A stretch of 64,000 nt of DNA from Patescibacteria group bacterium (GTDB lineage Bacteria; Patescibacteriota; UBA1384; XYA2-FULL-43-10; 1-14-0-10-43-13). This document shows, piece after piece, positions 30,710-40,821 of the stretch. A model generated the notes under the pieces. The model saw only the letters and a list, made by a program, of their open reading frames with translations, did no database searches and was not told where the DNA came from. Position numbers and translations under genes: made by a program. Each line of letters begins with the position of its first letter. Position 1 is the stretch's first letter. The stretch is taken from positions 26,751 through 90,750 of the forward strand of contig JBAYVE010000004.1 in the NCBI GenBank assembly GCA_041674765.1, read 5' to 3'.

Positions 30710-31105
30710 ATGAGTGGAGAATTTGAAACCGTTGACCCACGTAATCCAAGGGAAATTTTCCATAGTCTTTTTGATACTTATAGTAACTTTCTTCTATCTC
30801 TTGAGCATGAGCAGTACGGTGGAATCGTTCAGGCCGGCGGCATCGAGTCCTATTCTAGACTAGGAGAGGAGAGGGTAGAAAAGGCTAAAAAATTTCAGGA
30901 TCACATCAAGTATGTGATGGGTATAGTCCGCTTGAGTGGAGCCGACATCGCACGATTGAAAGAACTGGAAGGCGAGCCCTCTGAATATCAATTTACCGAA
31001 GAAGAAGTACAATTCGCGTTAAAGACAGAAGCCAAAGTGAAGATTGCATTCGAGATGATGAAGGGGCGCGAAGATGAATACACAGAGGAGTTTCTGAAGA
31101 GCTAG
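30710..31105 (+). CDS. hypothetical acidic protein, translationally coupled partner of the HEPN-like gene
   Basis: TAAAATGA overlap; 131 aa with no motif I recognise. Confidence 0.5.
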   Translation: MSGEFETVDPRNPREIFHSLFDTYSNFLLSLEHEQYGGIVQAGGIESYSRLGEERVEKAKKFQDHIKYVMGIVRLSGADIARLKELEGEPSEYQFTEEEVQFALKTEAKVKIAFEMMKGREDEYTEEFLKS

Positions 31106-31140
31106 CAAAGTTTAACAAGAAAATTTAAATTATAATAAAT

Positions 31141-32637
31141 ATGACAGAGTTAAAAACTACAATGGATTCGACAAGCTCACCACAGGTGGATTCGACTACC
31201 CTCGTTACAACGATCGGATTGGAAATCCACGTACAGCTAAAGACAAAAAGTAAAATGTTTTGTAGTTGTGATAACCAATCCTTCGTTGAAGCTACGGATG
31301 GCAAGTACGCTGCAGTAGAACCCAACACTCTTGTGTGCCCAGTCTGTCTTGGCTTGCCTGGAGCTTTGCCGGTGGCAAACAAGCAGGCGATTCTATGGAC
31401 AATCAAAACAGGTTTGGCTTTGGGTTGTTCTATTCCCAAAATTGCGAAATTTGACCGCAAACATTACTTTTATCCTGATCTGCCAAAGGGTTATCAGATC
31501 AGCCAGTACGATGAACCATTCGCGATCAATGGATCGCTTAAGTCAAAAGTTGAAGAGGAAGAAATCACTATTAGATTAAATAGAATTCACCTAGAAGAAG
31601 ATGCGGGGAAGCTTATTCATTCGGGTGGGAAGAGCTTGGTTGATTTGAATAGATCGGGAACTCCGCTAATGGAGATCGTAACGGAGCCGGATATTACTTC
31701 GCCGGAAATGGCGGGACAATTCTTGCGAAAGTTGCAAAAAATCGTTCGGGATGTCGTCGAGGTATCAGATGCCGATATGGAAAAGGGTCATCTTCGTTGT
31801 GATGCTAATATTTCAATTAGTGAAAGGCCAAAAGATGAAAATGGGAAGCACAGGATGTCCCAGATCATCGAATTGAAGAATTTGAACTCGTTTAGATTTG
31901 TGGAAAAAGCGTTGGCTTTGGTTGAGACCAAGTTGAAAGAGGAGCACGAAGATTGGCCCGCGAAATTGACCAAAGAAACTTGGGGCTATGACAGCATCAA
32001 CAATGAAGTTTATTTGCAGAGAAGAAAGGAAGAAGCAGCCGACTATCGTTATTTCCCAGAGCCGGATTTGCCGCCATTCGATACTTCGGCTATGAATTTG
32101 GATATATTAAAGTCAGAATTCAAAGAGACCGAGGAGGAAAAAATTGATAAATTAACTTCTCTTGGTATCCCTGAAGCGGAGGGCAAAGTTTTGGCTTCCG
32201 ATAGAAGCAAGAGCCAAGCCTTTTGCCAAATTAAAGATGAACTTTCAGATCAAAGCTATCCACTCCTTGCGAAAGCAATTGTGCATAATTATTTTGGTTT
32301 TGTTCCAAGCGATGAGAAAAAGTCGGCAGAATTTGCTAAAGCGATTGACAATTTGGCCGACGGCAAAATCAATAAGCAAACCTTTACGGCTATCGTGCAA
32401 GAAATTAATTGCGGGAAAACCTTTGAAGATGCATTTGAAAATTCTCAAGGAGAGGCAATCGATTTGTCGTCGATCGTCGGAAAGATTGTTTCGGCAAATT
32501 TGAAAGAATTAGAGCGCTATAAAAATGGTGAAAAACAGCTTTTCGGCTTTTTTATGGGGCAACTAATGAAAGAGACAAAAGGACAGGCAGATCCAAGAGA
32601 GGCAAATAGAATATTAAAAGAAAAATTAGAAAAGTAA
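31141..32637 (+). CDS. gatB: Asp/Glu-tRNA amidotransferase subunit B
   Basis: TTIGLEIHVQL, FDRKHYFYPDLPKGYQISQ, HLEEDAGK GatB/E motifs. Confidence 0.95.
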   Translation: MTELKTTMDSTSSPQVDSTTLVTTIGLEIHVQLKTKSKMFCSCDNQSFVEATDGKYAAVEPNTLVCPVCLGLPGALPVANKQAILWTIKTGLALGCSIPKIAKFDRKHYFYPDLPKGYQISQYDEPFAINGSLKSKVEEEEITIRLNRIHLEEDAGKLIHSGGKSLVDLNRSGTPLMEIVTEPDITSPEMAGQFLRKLQKIVRDVVEVSDADMEKGHLRCDANISISERPKDENGKHRMSQIIELKNLNSFRFVEKALALVETKLKEEHEDWPAKLTKETWGYDSINNEVYLQRRKEEAADYRYFPEPDLPPFDTSAMNLDILKSEFKETEEEKIDKLTSLGIPEAEGKVLASDRSKSQAFCQIKDELSDQSYPLLAKAIVHNYFGFVPSDEKKSAEFAKAIDNLADGKINKQTFTAIVQEINCGKTFEDAFENSQGEAIDLSSIVGKIVSANLKELERYKNGEKQLFGFFMGQLMKETKGQADPREANRILKEKLEK

Positions 32638-32710
32638 TAAGGAATTGGATTCCCGATGCCACTTCGCCAAGGCTATGAGGCACATGGTCAGGTCGGGAAT
32701 GACACTATTT
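32638..32710. repeat. 66-bp mini-element with inverted termini ggattcccga ... tcgggaatgac
   Basis: Read directly from the sequence. Confidence 0.75.
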
Positions 32711-32722
32711 TAAGGAAAAACT

Positions 32723-32998
32723 ATGGATAAAATAAAGAAAAAAAGCAATGAGTTGAGAATGGAATTTTTAAAGACAATGATTTCTCTGGCTACGGCTGGC
32801 TTTGGCCTTGCTGCGGCATTGGCCTGGAATGAAACGATTCAAGCGGTTATCACTGAGATCATACCAGAAAAAGGATCGGCAATTTGGTCAAAACTTATTT
32901 ACGCTTTGATTGTGACAGGCATCGCTGTATTGGTAACTTACTCTTTGGGCAAGATGATCCAAAAAGAGGAGAACGAAGCTGAGCTGATCAAAAAGTAA
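32723..32998 (+). CDS. small two-TM membrane protein
   Basis: 91 aa, two hydrophobic helices. Confidence 0.45.
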   Translation: MDKIKKKSNELRMEFLKTMISLATAGFGLAAALAWNETIQAVITEIIPEKGSAIWSKLIYALIVTGIAVLVTYSLGKMIQKEENEAELIKK

Positions 32999-33126
32999 AT
33001 TTCAGCAAATTTTCAGCTTAATTCCTGATAATAATTATATAATCTCTTGTTGCGTATTTAGGCCAAACGTCATATACTTTAATTTAGCGGAGATTTCGTT
33101 ATTTTTTATTAAGAAAGGGTTTATCA

Positions 33127-33399
33127 ATGACGTTAGAGCAAATACTAGTTCTCGTATCCATTATTGCCGTTCTATTATTATGTGCAGTTCTCCTGCGTCT
33201 TTATCAGATAATGACCAATGTAAAGAAGACGAGTGATATCATGGAAAAGAGGGTTTCCGAGCTTGACCGGGCGATTGATAAACTTGAGGCCAAAGCTGAA
33301 ACGCTTGTAGAAATGGTGAAAGGTTTTTTCTATTCAATGGATTTTATCAAAAAAATAAAAAGTTCGGTAAACAAAAAAGGAGAGACAGATGAAGAATAG
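33127..33399 (+). CDS. small membrane/coiled-coil protein (DUF948-like)
   Basis: N-terminal TM then coiled coil; overlaps the next ORF start. Confidence 0.45.
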   Translation: MTLEQILVLVSIIAVLLLCAVLLRLYQIMTNVKKTSDIMEKRVSELDRAIDKLEAKAETLVEMVKGFFYSMDFIKKIKSSVNKKGETDEE

Positions 33400-33586
33400 C
33401 AACAAATTCGTCCTCGGAGCACTTCTGGGCGGGGCAATCGGGGCAGTCGCTGGCATTTTATTTGCTCCAAGGAGTGGGAAAGAAACAAGAAAAATTGTCA
33501 GTAAAAAAGCCAATGATCTGACTGAAAAGGGCAAGGAATTAATTAAAGAAACGGCTGACACCATTTCCGATAAGCTCGATAAATAG
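33389..33586 (+). CDS. YtxH-domain protein
   Basis: FVLGALLGGAIGAVAGILFAPRSGKETR is the YtxH signature. Confidence 0.6.
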   Translation: MKNSNKFVLGALLGGAIGAVAGILFAPRSGKETRKIVSKKANDLTEKGKELIKETADTISDKLDK

Positions 33587-33593
33587 GAGAATT

Positions 33594-34802
33594 ATGTCAA
33601 AGTTGGAATATGAAGATTCATCTATGAAGGAGTATGTCGCTGATAAAAAAAATAAAGGCGCTCAATTAGCTTTTATCGTTATTATTGTGATTCTGATCTT
33701 TTTTGCAGGTGCGGTGGGTGGGATTGGAGGGGTCGTCCTTCTTTCTCAGAATAACGGAGAGTTGGCTACCAAAATAGGGCTATCCAGATTCAAAGATTTA
33801 GCGATTCCGACAACATCAACTCAAAAAATTACGGTTGAGGAATCAAATGCATTTATTGATGTCGTTAACAAAGTGTCAAACTCAGTAGTCTCTATTACAC
33901 AAAAATCGACTGTTCAAACGATTCTTGGTTCTTATGAAACTCAGGCGGCTGGGACAGGTTTTATTATAACAAGCGATGGTCTGATCTTAACTAACAAACA
34001 TGTCGTTAGCGATACAAACGGGACTTACACGGTAATCATGCGTGATGGGAAAACCTATGATGCCAAGGTTCAGTCGCTGGATCCGGTAAATGACCTTGCT
34101 GTGATAAAAGTGGAAGCTCGAAATCTTCCGGTGGTGGAGTTGGGTGATTCTGATCAGCTCCAGGTCGGACAATGGGTCATCACCGTCGGCAATGCACTCG
34201 GACAATTTCAAAATACTGTAACTTCGGGCATAATCTCAGCCAAGGGGCGCAAGATTGATGCTTCAAGCGCAAGCGGATCTAGCTCAGAAACCTTGAGCGA
34301 TTTGCTTCAGACTGATGCGGCAATCAACTCGGGAAATTCAGGTGGCCCTCTGGTAAATCTGGCCGGTCAAGTGATTGGTATAAATACCGCTGTCGCCTCT
34401 GGCGCACAGGGAATCGGTTTTGCAATCCCCATCAACGCGGCAAAATCGGCAATTGATAGTATCAAGAAAACCGGTAGGATAATCAGACCATACCTAGGTG
34501 TTAGATATTTTGAGATCACACCAAGCGTGGCCAAACAATCCAGTCTCCCGTCTGATCATGGGGCTCTCGTCCAACGCGGCAGGGGTTTAACCGACTTTGC
34601 AGTGGTGCCAGGATCGCCTGCCGATAAGGCCGGAATCGCCGAGAATGATATCATTACAGAGGTAAACGGACAGATTATCAATGAAGATCACAGCCTTGTT
34701 CAACTAGTTCAGCAATATCAGGTAGGTGAAACCGTCACGTTGAAGGTTGTTTCGAAGGGAGAAACGAAAGAAGTCAAAGTAAAACTAGAAGAAAGTAGAT
34801 AA
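33594..34802 (+). CDS. htrA: HtrA/DegP family serine protease with PDZ domain
   Basis: TNKHVV (His), DLAVIKV (Asp), GNSGGPLVN (Ser), C-terminal PDZ. Confidence 0.9.
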   Translation: MSKLEYEDSSMKEYVADKKNKGAQLAFIVIIVILIFFAGAVGGIGGVVLLSQNNGELATKIGLSRFKDLAIPTTSTQKITVEESNAFIDVVNKVSNSVVSITQKSTVQTILGSYETQAAGTGFIITSDGLILTNKHVVSDTNGTYTVIMRDGKTYDAKVQSLDPVNDLAVIKVEARNLPVVELGDSDQLQVGQWVITVGNALGQFQNTVTSGIISAKGRKIDASSASGSSSETLSDLLQTDAAINSGNSGGPLVNLAGQVIGINTAVASGAQGIGFAIPINAAKSAIDSIKKTGRIIRPYLGVRYFEITPSVAKQSSLPSDHGALVQRGRGLTDFAVVPGSPADKAGIAENDIITEVNGQIINEDHSLVQLVQQYQVGETVTLKVVSKGETKEVKVKLEESR

Positions 34803-34952
34803 AAGGCGGATTACGAATCACAGATTGGAAGAACTCTCTTAGGATGAAATCAAGAAAAACCGTTCCTCAACAGGGCGGTTTTTCATTATCCAACTATCTG
34901 TACAAAATGATTTTGTGCTATATTGGTAAGAGAATAATAAAAAGGAATTGAG

Positions 34953-36293
34953 ATGGATAAAATTACAATTGAGTCTAAGGGCATCGATATTAACGGAAAT
35001 GACTTTAGTCTCATCAAATCCGAAATAGCAGAGGCGTATCAAAAAATTGAAGACAAAAGCGGTGCCGGCAATGAGATGCTTGGCTGGGCTGATCTACCAA
35101 GTCAAATAAGCCAATCTGAAATCGTTGATATCAGGGAAACAGCAGAAAAAATCAAGGATAATTCCGATGCTTTTATTGTTATCGGCATTGGCGGTTCATA
35201 TCTGGGCTCCAGGGCAGTCATCGAAGCCCTGAAGCCATCATTTTTTAATAGTCTGCCAAAGAAGAAAAGGGATTACCCTGAAATTTATTTTGCCGGTAAT
35301 AATATCAGCGGAAAATATTTATCCGACCTTCTGCATGTTTTAGAAGGGAAGGATATCAGTATCAACGTGATATCGAAATCGGGGACTACGACAGAGCCGG
35401 CCATTGCATTTAGAGTATTCAAAGAATATCTGGAGAATAAGTATGGAAAGGACGAGGCGGCTAAGCGTATCATCGTAACTACAGATAAGGAAAAGGGTTC
35501 TCTTAAGAAACTCGCTGGTGACGAGGGCTATAAAACATTCGTCATCCCTGACAATATCGGCGGCAGATATTCAGTTTTGACTCCTGTGGGCCTTCTCCCT
35601 ATCGCTGTCGCAGGTATTGATATCGATGAACTAATCGGTGGCGCTAAAGCGAGTGAAGAAGATTTGAAGGGAAGAGATACTGAAAAAAATGACGCTTGTA
35701 TTTATGCAGCCGTACGTAATTTACTCTATCGGCAAGGTAAAAGCTTGGAGATCTTAGTAAATTATGAGCCTTCTCTTCATTATTTTGCCGAATGGTGGAA
35801 GCAGCTTTTCGGTGAGAGTGAAGGCAAAGGGGGAGCAGGAATCTTTCCGGCTTCCGTTGACTTCACGACTGATCTTCATTCTCTCGGGCAGTATATTCAA
35901 GCGGGAAAAAGAAATTTATTCGAAACGGTTTTAAATATACGGGATCAAGAACAGGACATTCCATTGGGGGAGGTCGAAGGAAATATTGATGGTCTGAACT
36001 TTCTTGCCGGAAAATCAATCAATTTTGTAAATCAAAAAGCTCTGGAAGCTACAGTTATGGCACATACGGACGGAGGAGTTCCAAATATTATCATCAATAT
36101 TCCAAAGATTAATGCTTATTATCTCGGCAATCTGATCTATTTCTTCGAGAAGGCTTGTGCTATCAGCGCTTACACTCTGGGAGTCAATCCGTTCGACCAG
36201 CCAGGCGTTGAGACCTATAAGAATAAAATGTTTTCTTTGCTCGGAAAACCAGGATATGAAGAACTAAAACCAGAGTTGGAAAAAAGAATCTAA
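34953..36293 (+). CDS. pgi: glucose-6-phosphate isomerase (short bacterial/archaeal type)
   Basis: [30 protein letters not shown] motifs. Confidence 0.85.
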   Translation: MDKITIESKGIDINGNDFSLIKSEIAEAYQKIEDKSGAGNEMLGWADLPSQISQSEIVDIRETAEKIKDNSDAFIVIGIGGSYLGSRAVIEALKPSFFNSLPKKKRDYPEIYFAGNNISGKYLSDLLHVLEGKDISINVISKSGTTTEPAIAFRVFKEYLENKYGKDEAAKRIIVTTDKEKGSLKKLAGDEGYKTFVIPDNIGGRYSVLTPVGLLPIAVAGIDIDELIGGAKASEEDLKGRDTEKNDACIYAAVRNLLYRQGKSLEILVNYEPSLHYFAEWWKQLFGESEGKGGAGIFPASVDFTTDLHSLGQYIQAGKRNLFETVLNIRDQEQDIPLGEVEGNIDGLNFLAGKSINFVNQKALEATVMAHTDGGVPNIIINIPKINAYYLGNLIYFFEKACAISAYTLGVNPFDQPGVETYKNKMFSLLGKPGYEELKPELEKRI

Positions 36294-36700
36294 ACATTTT
36301 TTATTTTATTTGTTTGTCATTTCGACACCTCAATGTGTTGTCGAGGTTTATTCAGGATCAAATTCCTTGCTTCCTCACCTTCTCGAGGGGAGGCTAGGTG
36401 GGGTGTATAAAATATAACTCCATTTGTTATTTTCTTTTTTTGAGGACAAAGGGACTTATTCTCTTCGAGTCTGAGAGTCTTTGATGTTTCTTTTTATCGA
36501 ATTGATATTTGCTAAGCAAAGTAACTGATCATCCCCCCATCGTCATTCCGGACTGTAAGCTAGAGATCTGGAATCTATCGTTATAATAGATCCTGAAACA
36601 AGTTCAGGATGACAGAATGAGTGAGGAGTTACTAAGCTAACTATTGACAAAATATTAATAATATACTATAATATATATAGATATCTGGATCTGATGGTAT
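36294..36700. repeat. MITE-like repeat cluster. Modules present: gtcatttcgacacc...; cctcaccttctcgaggggagg hairpin; gaggacaaagggacttattctcttcgagtctgag; gtcattccggactgtaagctagagatctggaatc; gatcctgaaacaagttcaggatgacag
   Basis: No coding potential; several modules match other clusters. Confidence 0.8.
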
Positions 36701-36714
36701 GAGGAGCAAAACTA

Positions 36715-37029
36715 ATGAAAATTCCCATTCATTCAGGATGGTTGGCTGTTGCAACGGCCATGGTGACACTCGCGGCCACGGGTGTAATACCGTGGTTGTG
36801 GATAGTGTGCTGGGCAGCGGTGTTTGTAGCCTTTTGGCTCATTACATCGCGTTTCGGGCTTCACAGAACGTGGGCCGCTGATCCTGCTTCAGTATCCATC
36901 ATCGCAGTTGTTGGCATCGTCCAAGCAGGATTGATTCTGCAGAACTACTCCTTCCAGGGACTGGTATTGGCCTTTGGAAATATGGTCATTATCAGCCTGT
37001 GCTGGCTAAACATTCGAAGATTCAGTTAG
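36715..37029 (+). CDS. small polytopic membrane protein (GC-rich, about 55%)
   Basis: 104 aa, 3-4 hydrophobic helices, W-rich; composition differs from the neighbouring genes. Confidence 0.45.
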   Translation: MKIPIHSGWLAVATAMVTLAATGVIPWLWIVCWAAVFVAFWLITSRFGLHRTWAADPASVSIIAVVGIVQAGLILQNYSFQGLVLAFGNMVIISLCWLNIRRFS

Positions 37030-37092
37030 CCAGTCAGTTAGCCAGTATGTATAATGCTACCCCTCGCCCAACTAGGTGAGGGGACAGCTATA
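37030..37092. repeat. ttagccagtcagttagccagt direct repeat plus cccctcgcccaactaggtgagggg hairpin
   Basis: Read directly from the sequence. Confidence 0.6.
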
Positions 37093-38103
37093 TTAATAGC
37101 TAGATAACGATATTGTAAGATAACGATCAAGACCTGCAAGGTCTTTTTTTAGTTCTATTTTTGCGGTTGGATAGTGATAGTGTGAAAATTTTTCTATCTC
37201 CATAGCATTTCTGGGATCAAGTTCAATTAAAATCGTACCATCTTCAGCAAGGTGGTTTCGGGCTTGCGCTAGAAATCGTTTGATTATCTCTGAACCATTG
37301 TCGTCGGCAAAGATTGCATTTTGGGGTTCAAACTTAACCGTATTATGTATTATGTATTTGGTATTATGAGTTTCCAGCTCATTGCTTAATACTTTATACT
37401 CACACTTTGATACCAGCTTCGGGACATACGGCAAGTTGGCGATAATAAGATCAAACCCGCCTGACGGCGAGGCAGGCTTTTTATGAAGTTGATGATTTTG
37501 GAATAAGTCAGAATGAATAAATTTAATCGTATTGTTCGAGCACAAGCGAGAACCAGCTTGGTTTGATAGTTCTCGGCCTCTGGCCTCGAACAATAACTTC
37601 TTTGCATTCTTCCTGGCCATTTTCAGGGCTTTTGCAGAAATATCGGAGGCGTATAAGTTTATAAAGTTGGAAAGTTCATAAAGTTCATCAAGTTTTTTGG
37701 CCAGTGAGATGATGAGGCAGCCGGAGCCGGTACCAAGGTCTAAAATTTTCAATTTACAATTTACAATTTTCAATTTTTTCTGAAGGACTTCAACCGCTTG
37801 TTCTACCAAAAATTCACTTTCGGGGCGGGGGATAAGGACATCGGGCGTTACCAGAAATTCGTACCCGAAAAATTCTTTTTTTCCGGTAAGATAGACAATC
37901 GGTACATTGTTTTGGCGTTTTTTCAACAATTTCTGGAATTTATTAATTTGGCTCTTTGACGGCTCGAACTCAGGATGGCTCAGAAGGAACGTCTTGTCTT
38001 TGCTAGTCGCGTATGACAAAAGAACCTGAACATCGAGTTCGGGAGAGGCACTTACCTCTTTGAGTTTGAGGACGGATTGAGAATATAGTTTCTTCAGGTT
38101 CAT
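37093..38103 (-). CDS. prmC: release-factor glutamine N5-methyltransferase PrmC/HemK, carrying repeat-derived in-frame insertions
   Basis: DLGTGSGC and NLPYVP (NPPY) motifs; located downstream of prfA; extra segments encoded by hairpin/repeat DNA (37440-37470, 37540-37600, 37640-37700, 37745-37790). Confidence 0.8.
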   Translation of the reverse strand: MNLKKLYSQSVLKLKEVSASPELDVQVLLSYATSKDKTFLLSHPEFEPSKSQINKFQKLLKKRQNNVPIVYLTGKKEFFGYEFLVTPDVLIPRPESEFLVEQAVEVLQKKLKIVNCKLKILDLGTGSGCLIISLAKKLDELYELSNFINLYASDISAKALKMARKNAKKLLFEARGRELSNQAGSRLCSNNTIKFIHSDLFQNHQLHKKPASPSGGFDLIIANLPYVPKLVSKCEYKVLSNELETHNTKYIIHNTVKFEPQNAIFADDNGSEIIKRFLAQARNHLAEDGTILIELDPRNAMEIEKFSHYHYPTAKIELKKDLAGLDRYLTISLSSY

Positions 38104-38171
38104 GGATTAATTTTCAATTAATAATTTAAAATTTAGAAATATTTTTAAATTATTAAATTCTAAATTTTAAA

Positions 38172-39239
38172 TTATGACTGTGCTGCCAGCTTCCTTGCTT
38201 GGTCTTCGGTCATAAGGGCGTTAACTATCGGCTCGATATCGCCATCCATAATATTTGGCAGAGAGTGCCAAGATTGATTTATTCTGTGATCGGTAACACG
38301 ATCTTGAGGGAAATTGTAAGTTCTAATTTTTTCAGAACGATCCCCTGTCCCGACCTGAGAAAGACGCAAGTCCTTTCTTTCTTTTTGCAGTCGTTCTTCT
38401 TCGGCGGCCAAAATTCTTGAGCGGAGAATACTCATTGCCTTGTCTTTGTTCTTCATTTGGCTTCGTTCATCCTGACACTGCACTACAATGCCGGTAGGGA
38501 GGTGAGTGATTCGGACAGCGGAATACGTTGTGTTCACAGATTGTCCGCCAGCTCCTCCTGAGCAGAAGGTATCGATGCGGAGGTCTTCAGTTTTTATATT
38601 TATATCGGCCTCTTCTGCCTCAGGCAAGACAGCGACAGTAACGGTGGAAGTGTGGACTCTCCCCTGTTTTTCCGTTTCCGGCGTACGCTGAACACGGTGA
38701 ACTCCGCTTTCATATTTCATCTTCGAATATACTTTTTGTCCGCTGACTTCAAATGTGACTGACTTTAATCCGCCAATTCCCGTTGTTTGAGATTCCAAAA
38801 TGTTTGCCCGCCAACCTTGACGTTCGGCGAAGCGGGTATAAAGGCGGAATAACTCGGCGGCGAATAATTCTGATTCGTCTCCGCCCGCTCCTGGCCTTAT
38901 TTCAATAATAGAGTTTTTTTCATCGTTCGGATCTTTTGGCAGGAGAGCCAATTCCAACTCTTTCTCCATCTTGTCTTTCTTGGGATTTAGTCGGTTTATT
39001 TCTTCGTGCGCCATCTCTCTGAGTTCTTCGTCGCTAGAACTGATCATCTCTTCGCTATCGGAGATATTCTTGAGTACGCTAAAATAAGAATTGATTAATT
39101 GTGCAAGATCATCAAGACTGGATTTCTCTCTTGCAATTTTAGTGAATTCTGCATTATTGGCTTGAATTTCAGGCCTCTCTAAGCTTGCTGAGAGTTCGTT
39201 GTATCTGTCTAAAATTTTTTGTAGTTTTTCTTTATTCAT
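38172..39239 (-). CDS. prfA: peptide chain release factor 1
   Basis: GGQ motif ([18 protein letters not shown]), PxT-like decoding region. Confidence 0.95.
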   Translation of the reverse strand: MNKEKLQKILDRYNELSASLERPEIQANNAEFTKIAREKSSLDDLAQLINSYFSVLKNISDSEEMISSSDEELREMAHEEINRLNPKKDKMEKELELALLPKDPNDEKNSIIEIRPGAGGDESELFAAELFRLYTRFAERQGWRANILESQTTGIGGLKSVTFEVSGQKVYSKMKYESGVHRVQRTPETEKQGRVHTSTVTVAVLPEAEEADINIKTEDLRIDTFCSGGAGGQSVNTTYSAVRITHLPTGIVVQCQDERSQMKNKDKAMSILRSRILAAEEERLQKERKDLRLSQVGTGDRSEKIRTYNFPQDRVTDHRINQSWHSLPNIMDGDIEPIVNALMTEDQARKLAAQS

Positions 39240-39284
39240 AATCTTTAAATGCTAAAGGTAAAATAACCGAAATAACGAAATCAT

Positions 39285-39322
39285 AGTTTTTAGTTGTTTA
39301 GTTTCTTTTCGCATTTAGCGTT
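39285..39322 (+). repeat. ribosomal-locus repeat copy A (ttagttgtttagtttcttttcgcatttagcg)
   Basis: Family also at 39862-39932, 40025-40093 and 40822-40860 (reverse orientation). Confidence 0.75.
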
Positions 39323-39415
39323 GTAATTAAAAAGCCAGCCTTTATCTCAATAATTATATTATAAAGATTTTGGGCCGACTTTAATACCCGCCTGCCGGCG
39401 AGGCAGGTAGAGTAG

Positions 39416-39700
39416 CTATTTGTCTTCTGTTTTTTTCTCTTCTTTGGCAGGTTTGGCTGCTTTTACGGCTTCCTTTTTGGCTGCCTCTTCTTTCATCTTT
39501 TTGGAAGCTTCCATTCTGGCCTTGAATTTATCTACTCTGCCGGCTGTATCAACAAGTTTCTGCTTGCCGGTGAAGAATGGATGACATTGAGAACAAATTT
39601 CAACACTAATATCGTCCCTGGTTGATCCGGCGGAAAATTTGGCTCCACAGGCGCAGGAAATAGTGATATCTTTGTAATTTGGGTGGGTATTTTTTTTCAT
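39416..39700 (-). CDS. rpmE: 50S ribosomal protein L31 with K/E-rich C-terminal tail
   Basis: [25 protein letters not shown]. Confidence 0.9.
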   Translation of the reverse strand: MKKNTHPNYKDITISCACGAKFSAGSTRDDISVEICSQCHPFFTGKQKLVDTAGRVDKFKARMEASKKMKEEAAKKEAVKAAKPAKEEKKTEDK

Positions 39701-39861
39701 TTCAAAAACAGATTACTAATCATACAAATCTACAGATATCGAATTGTTACCGACTATTGGTAATCAATAATCCGTTAGTATTTGTTTTACTTGAATGATT
39801 CTATCACACTCTTGAACTTGAGTCAATAATATGATAAGATCGTACTTAGTTCAAGTTAATG

Positions 39862-39932
39862 CGAAAAACTAAAAGAAACGAAAGAACGAAATTTAGTTTT
39901 TTGTTGTTTAGTTTATTTTCGTATTTAGCTTT
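39862..39932 (+). repeat. ribosomal-locus repeat copy B (internally palindromic, about 70 nt)
   Basis: gcgaaaaactaaaagaaacgaaag...tttagttttttgttgtttagtttattttcgtatttagc. Confidence 0.75.
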
Positions 39933-40024
39933 AAAGGGGGAAGTCGACACATTCGTCTCAAATCTCTCTCCTTCCAAGGAGCCAGTCGAATGGATGAGGA
40001 TAATAAGAGAAAGTTCAGTTCAAC

Positions 40025-40093
40025 TCTAAAAACTAAAATAAACCAAATAGCGAAATTTAGTTTTTAGTTGTTTAGTTTATTTTCGTTTTTAGC
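40025..40093 (+). repeat. ribosomal-locus repeat copy C, 24 nt upstream of the rpsB start
   Basis: ctaaaaactaaaataaacc...tttagtttttagttgtttagtttattttcgtttttagc. Confidence 0.75.
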
Positions 40094-40116
40094 ATTATTT
40101 AGTAATAAGGATTTTT

Positions 40117-40821
40117 ATGAACCAGTTACCGAGTTTGAGAGAGATGCTTGACGCCGGTGTTCACTTCGGTCACAAGACCTCCAGATGGCACCCAAAAATG
40201 GCGCCTTACATTTACATTTCTAAATCTGGCGTCCACGTTATCAACTTGGAAGAGACAGAAGCGAAATTGAAAGAAGCAGTCGAATTCATCAGTCGTGAGG
40301 CTTCAGAAGGCAAAACTTTTATTTTTGTCGGGACCAAAAAGCAGTCCGGTGAAATTGTCAAAGAAGCTGCTGTTGAAGCGGGCATGCCTTATGTAAATGT
40401 TCGTTGGCTCGGTGGTACTATTACCAATTTTGAAGCTATCAAGAGCGCTGTCAAAAACTTTCAGAAACAAAAGGAAGAACTTGAAAAAAATAATGATCTG
40501 CCAAAGAGTGAACTCTCAAAACTTCGTAAAGAAGTTGCAAGAGGCGAAAAGTTTCTCGGCGGTTTAGTCGGTATGGACAGAAAGCCGGACGCGTTGATCC
40601 TTTTCGGTTCGTACGACGAGAAGATCGCACTCAGAGAAGCAAAAGGTATCAATATCCCCGTCGTCGCAGTTGTCGATACAAATGCTGATCCAAATGCTGT
40701 AGAGTATCCGATTCCTGCCAATGATGATGCCACAAAATCAGTAAAACTGATCGCAGACACTTTCGCTCGTGCTATCAAAGAAGCAAAAGCCAAGTCAGCC
40801 AAAGTAGCTGAAACAAAGTAA
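40117..40821 (+). CDS. rpsB: 30S ribosomal protein S2
   Basis: MLDAGVHFGHKTSRWHPKM N-terminus. Confidence 0.95.
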   Translation: MNQLPSLREMLDAGVHFGHKTSRWHPKMAPYIYISKSGVHVINLEETEAKLKEAVEFISREASEGKTFIFVGTKKQSGEIVKEAAVEAGMPYVNVRWLGGTITNFEAIKSAVKNFQKQKEELEKNNDLPKSELSKLRKEVARGEKFLGGLVGMDRKPDALILFGSYDEKIALREAKGINIPVVAVVDTNADPNAVEYPIPANDDATKSVKLIADTFARAIKEAKAKSAKVAETK

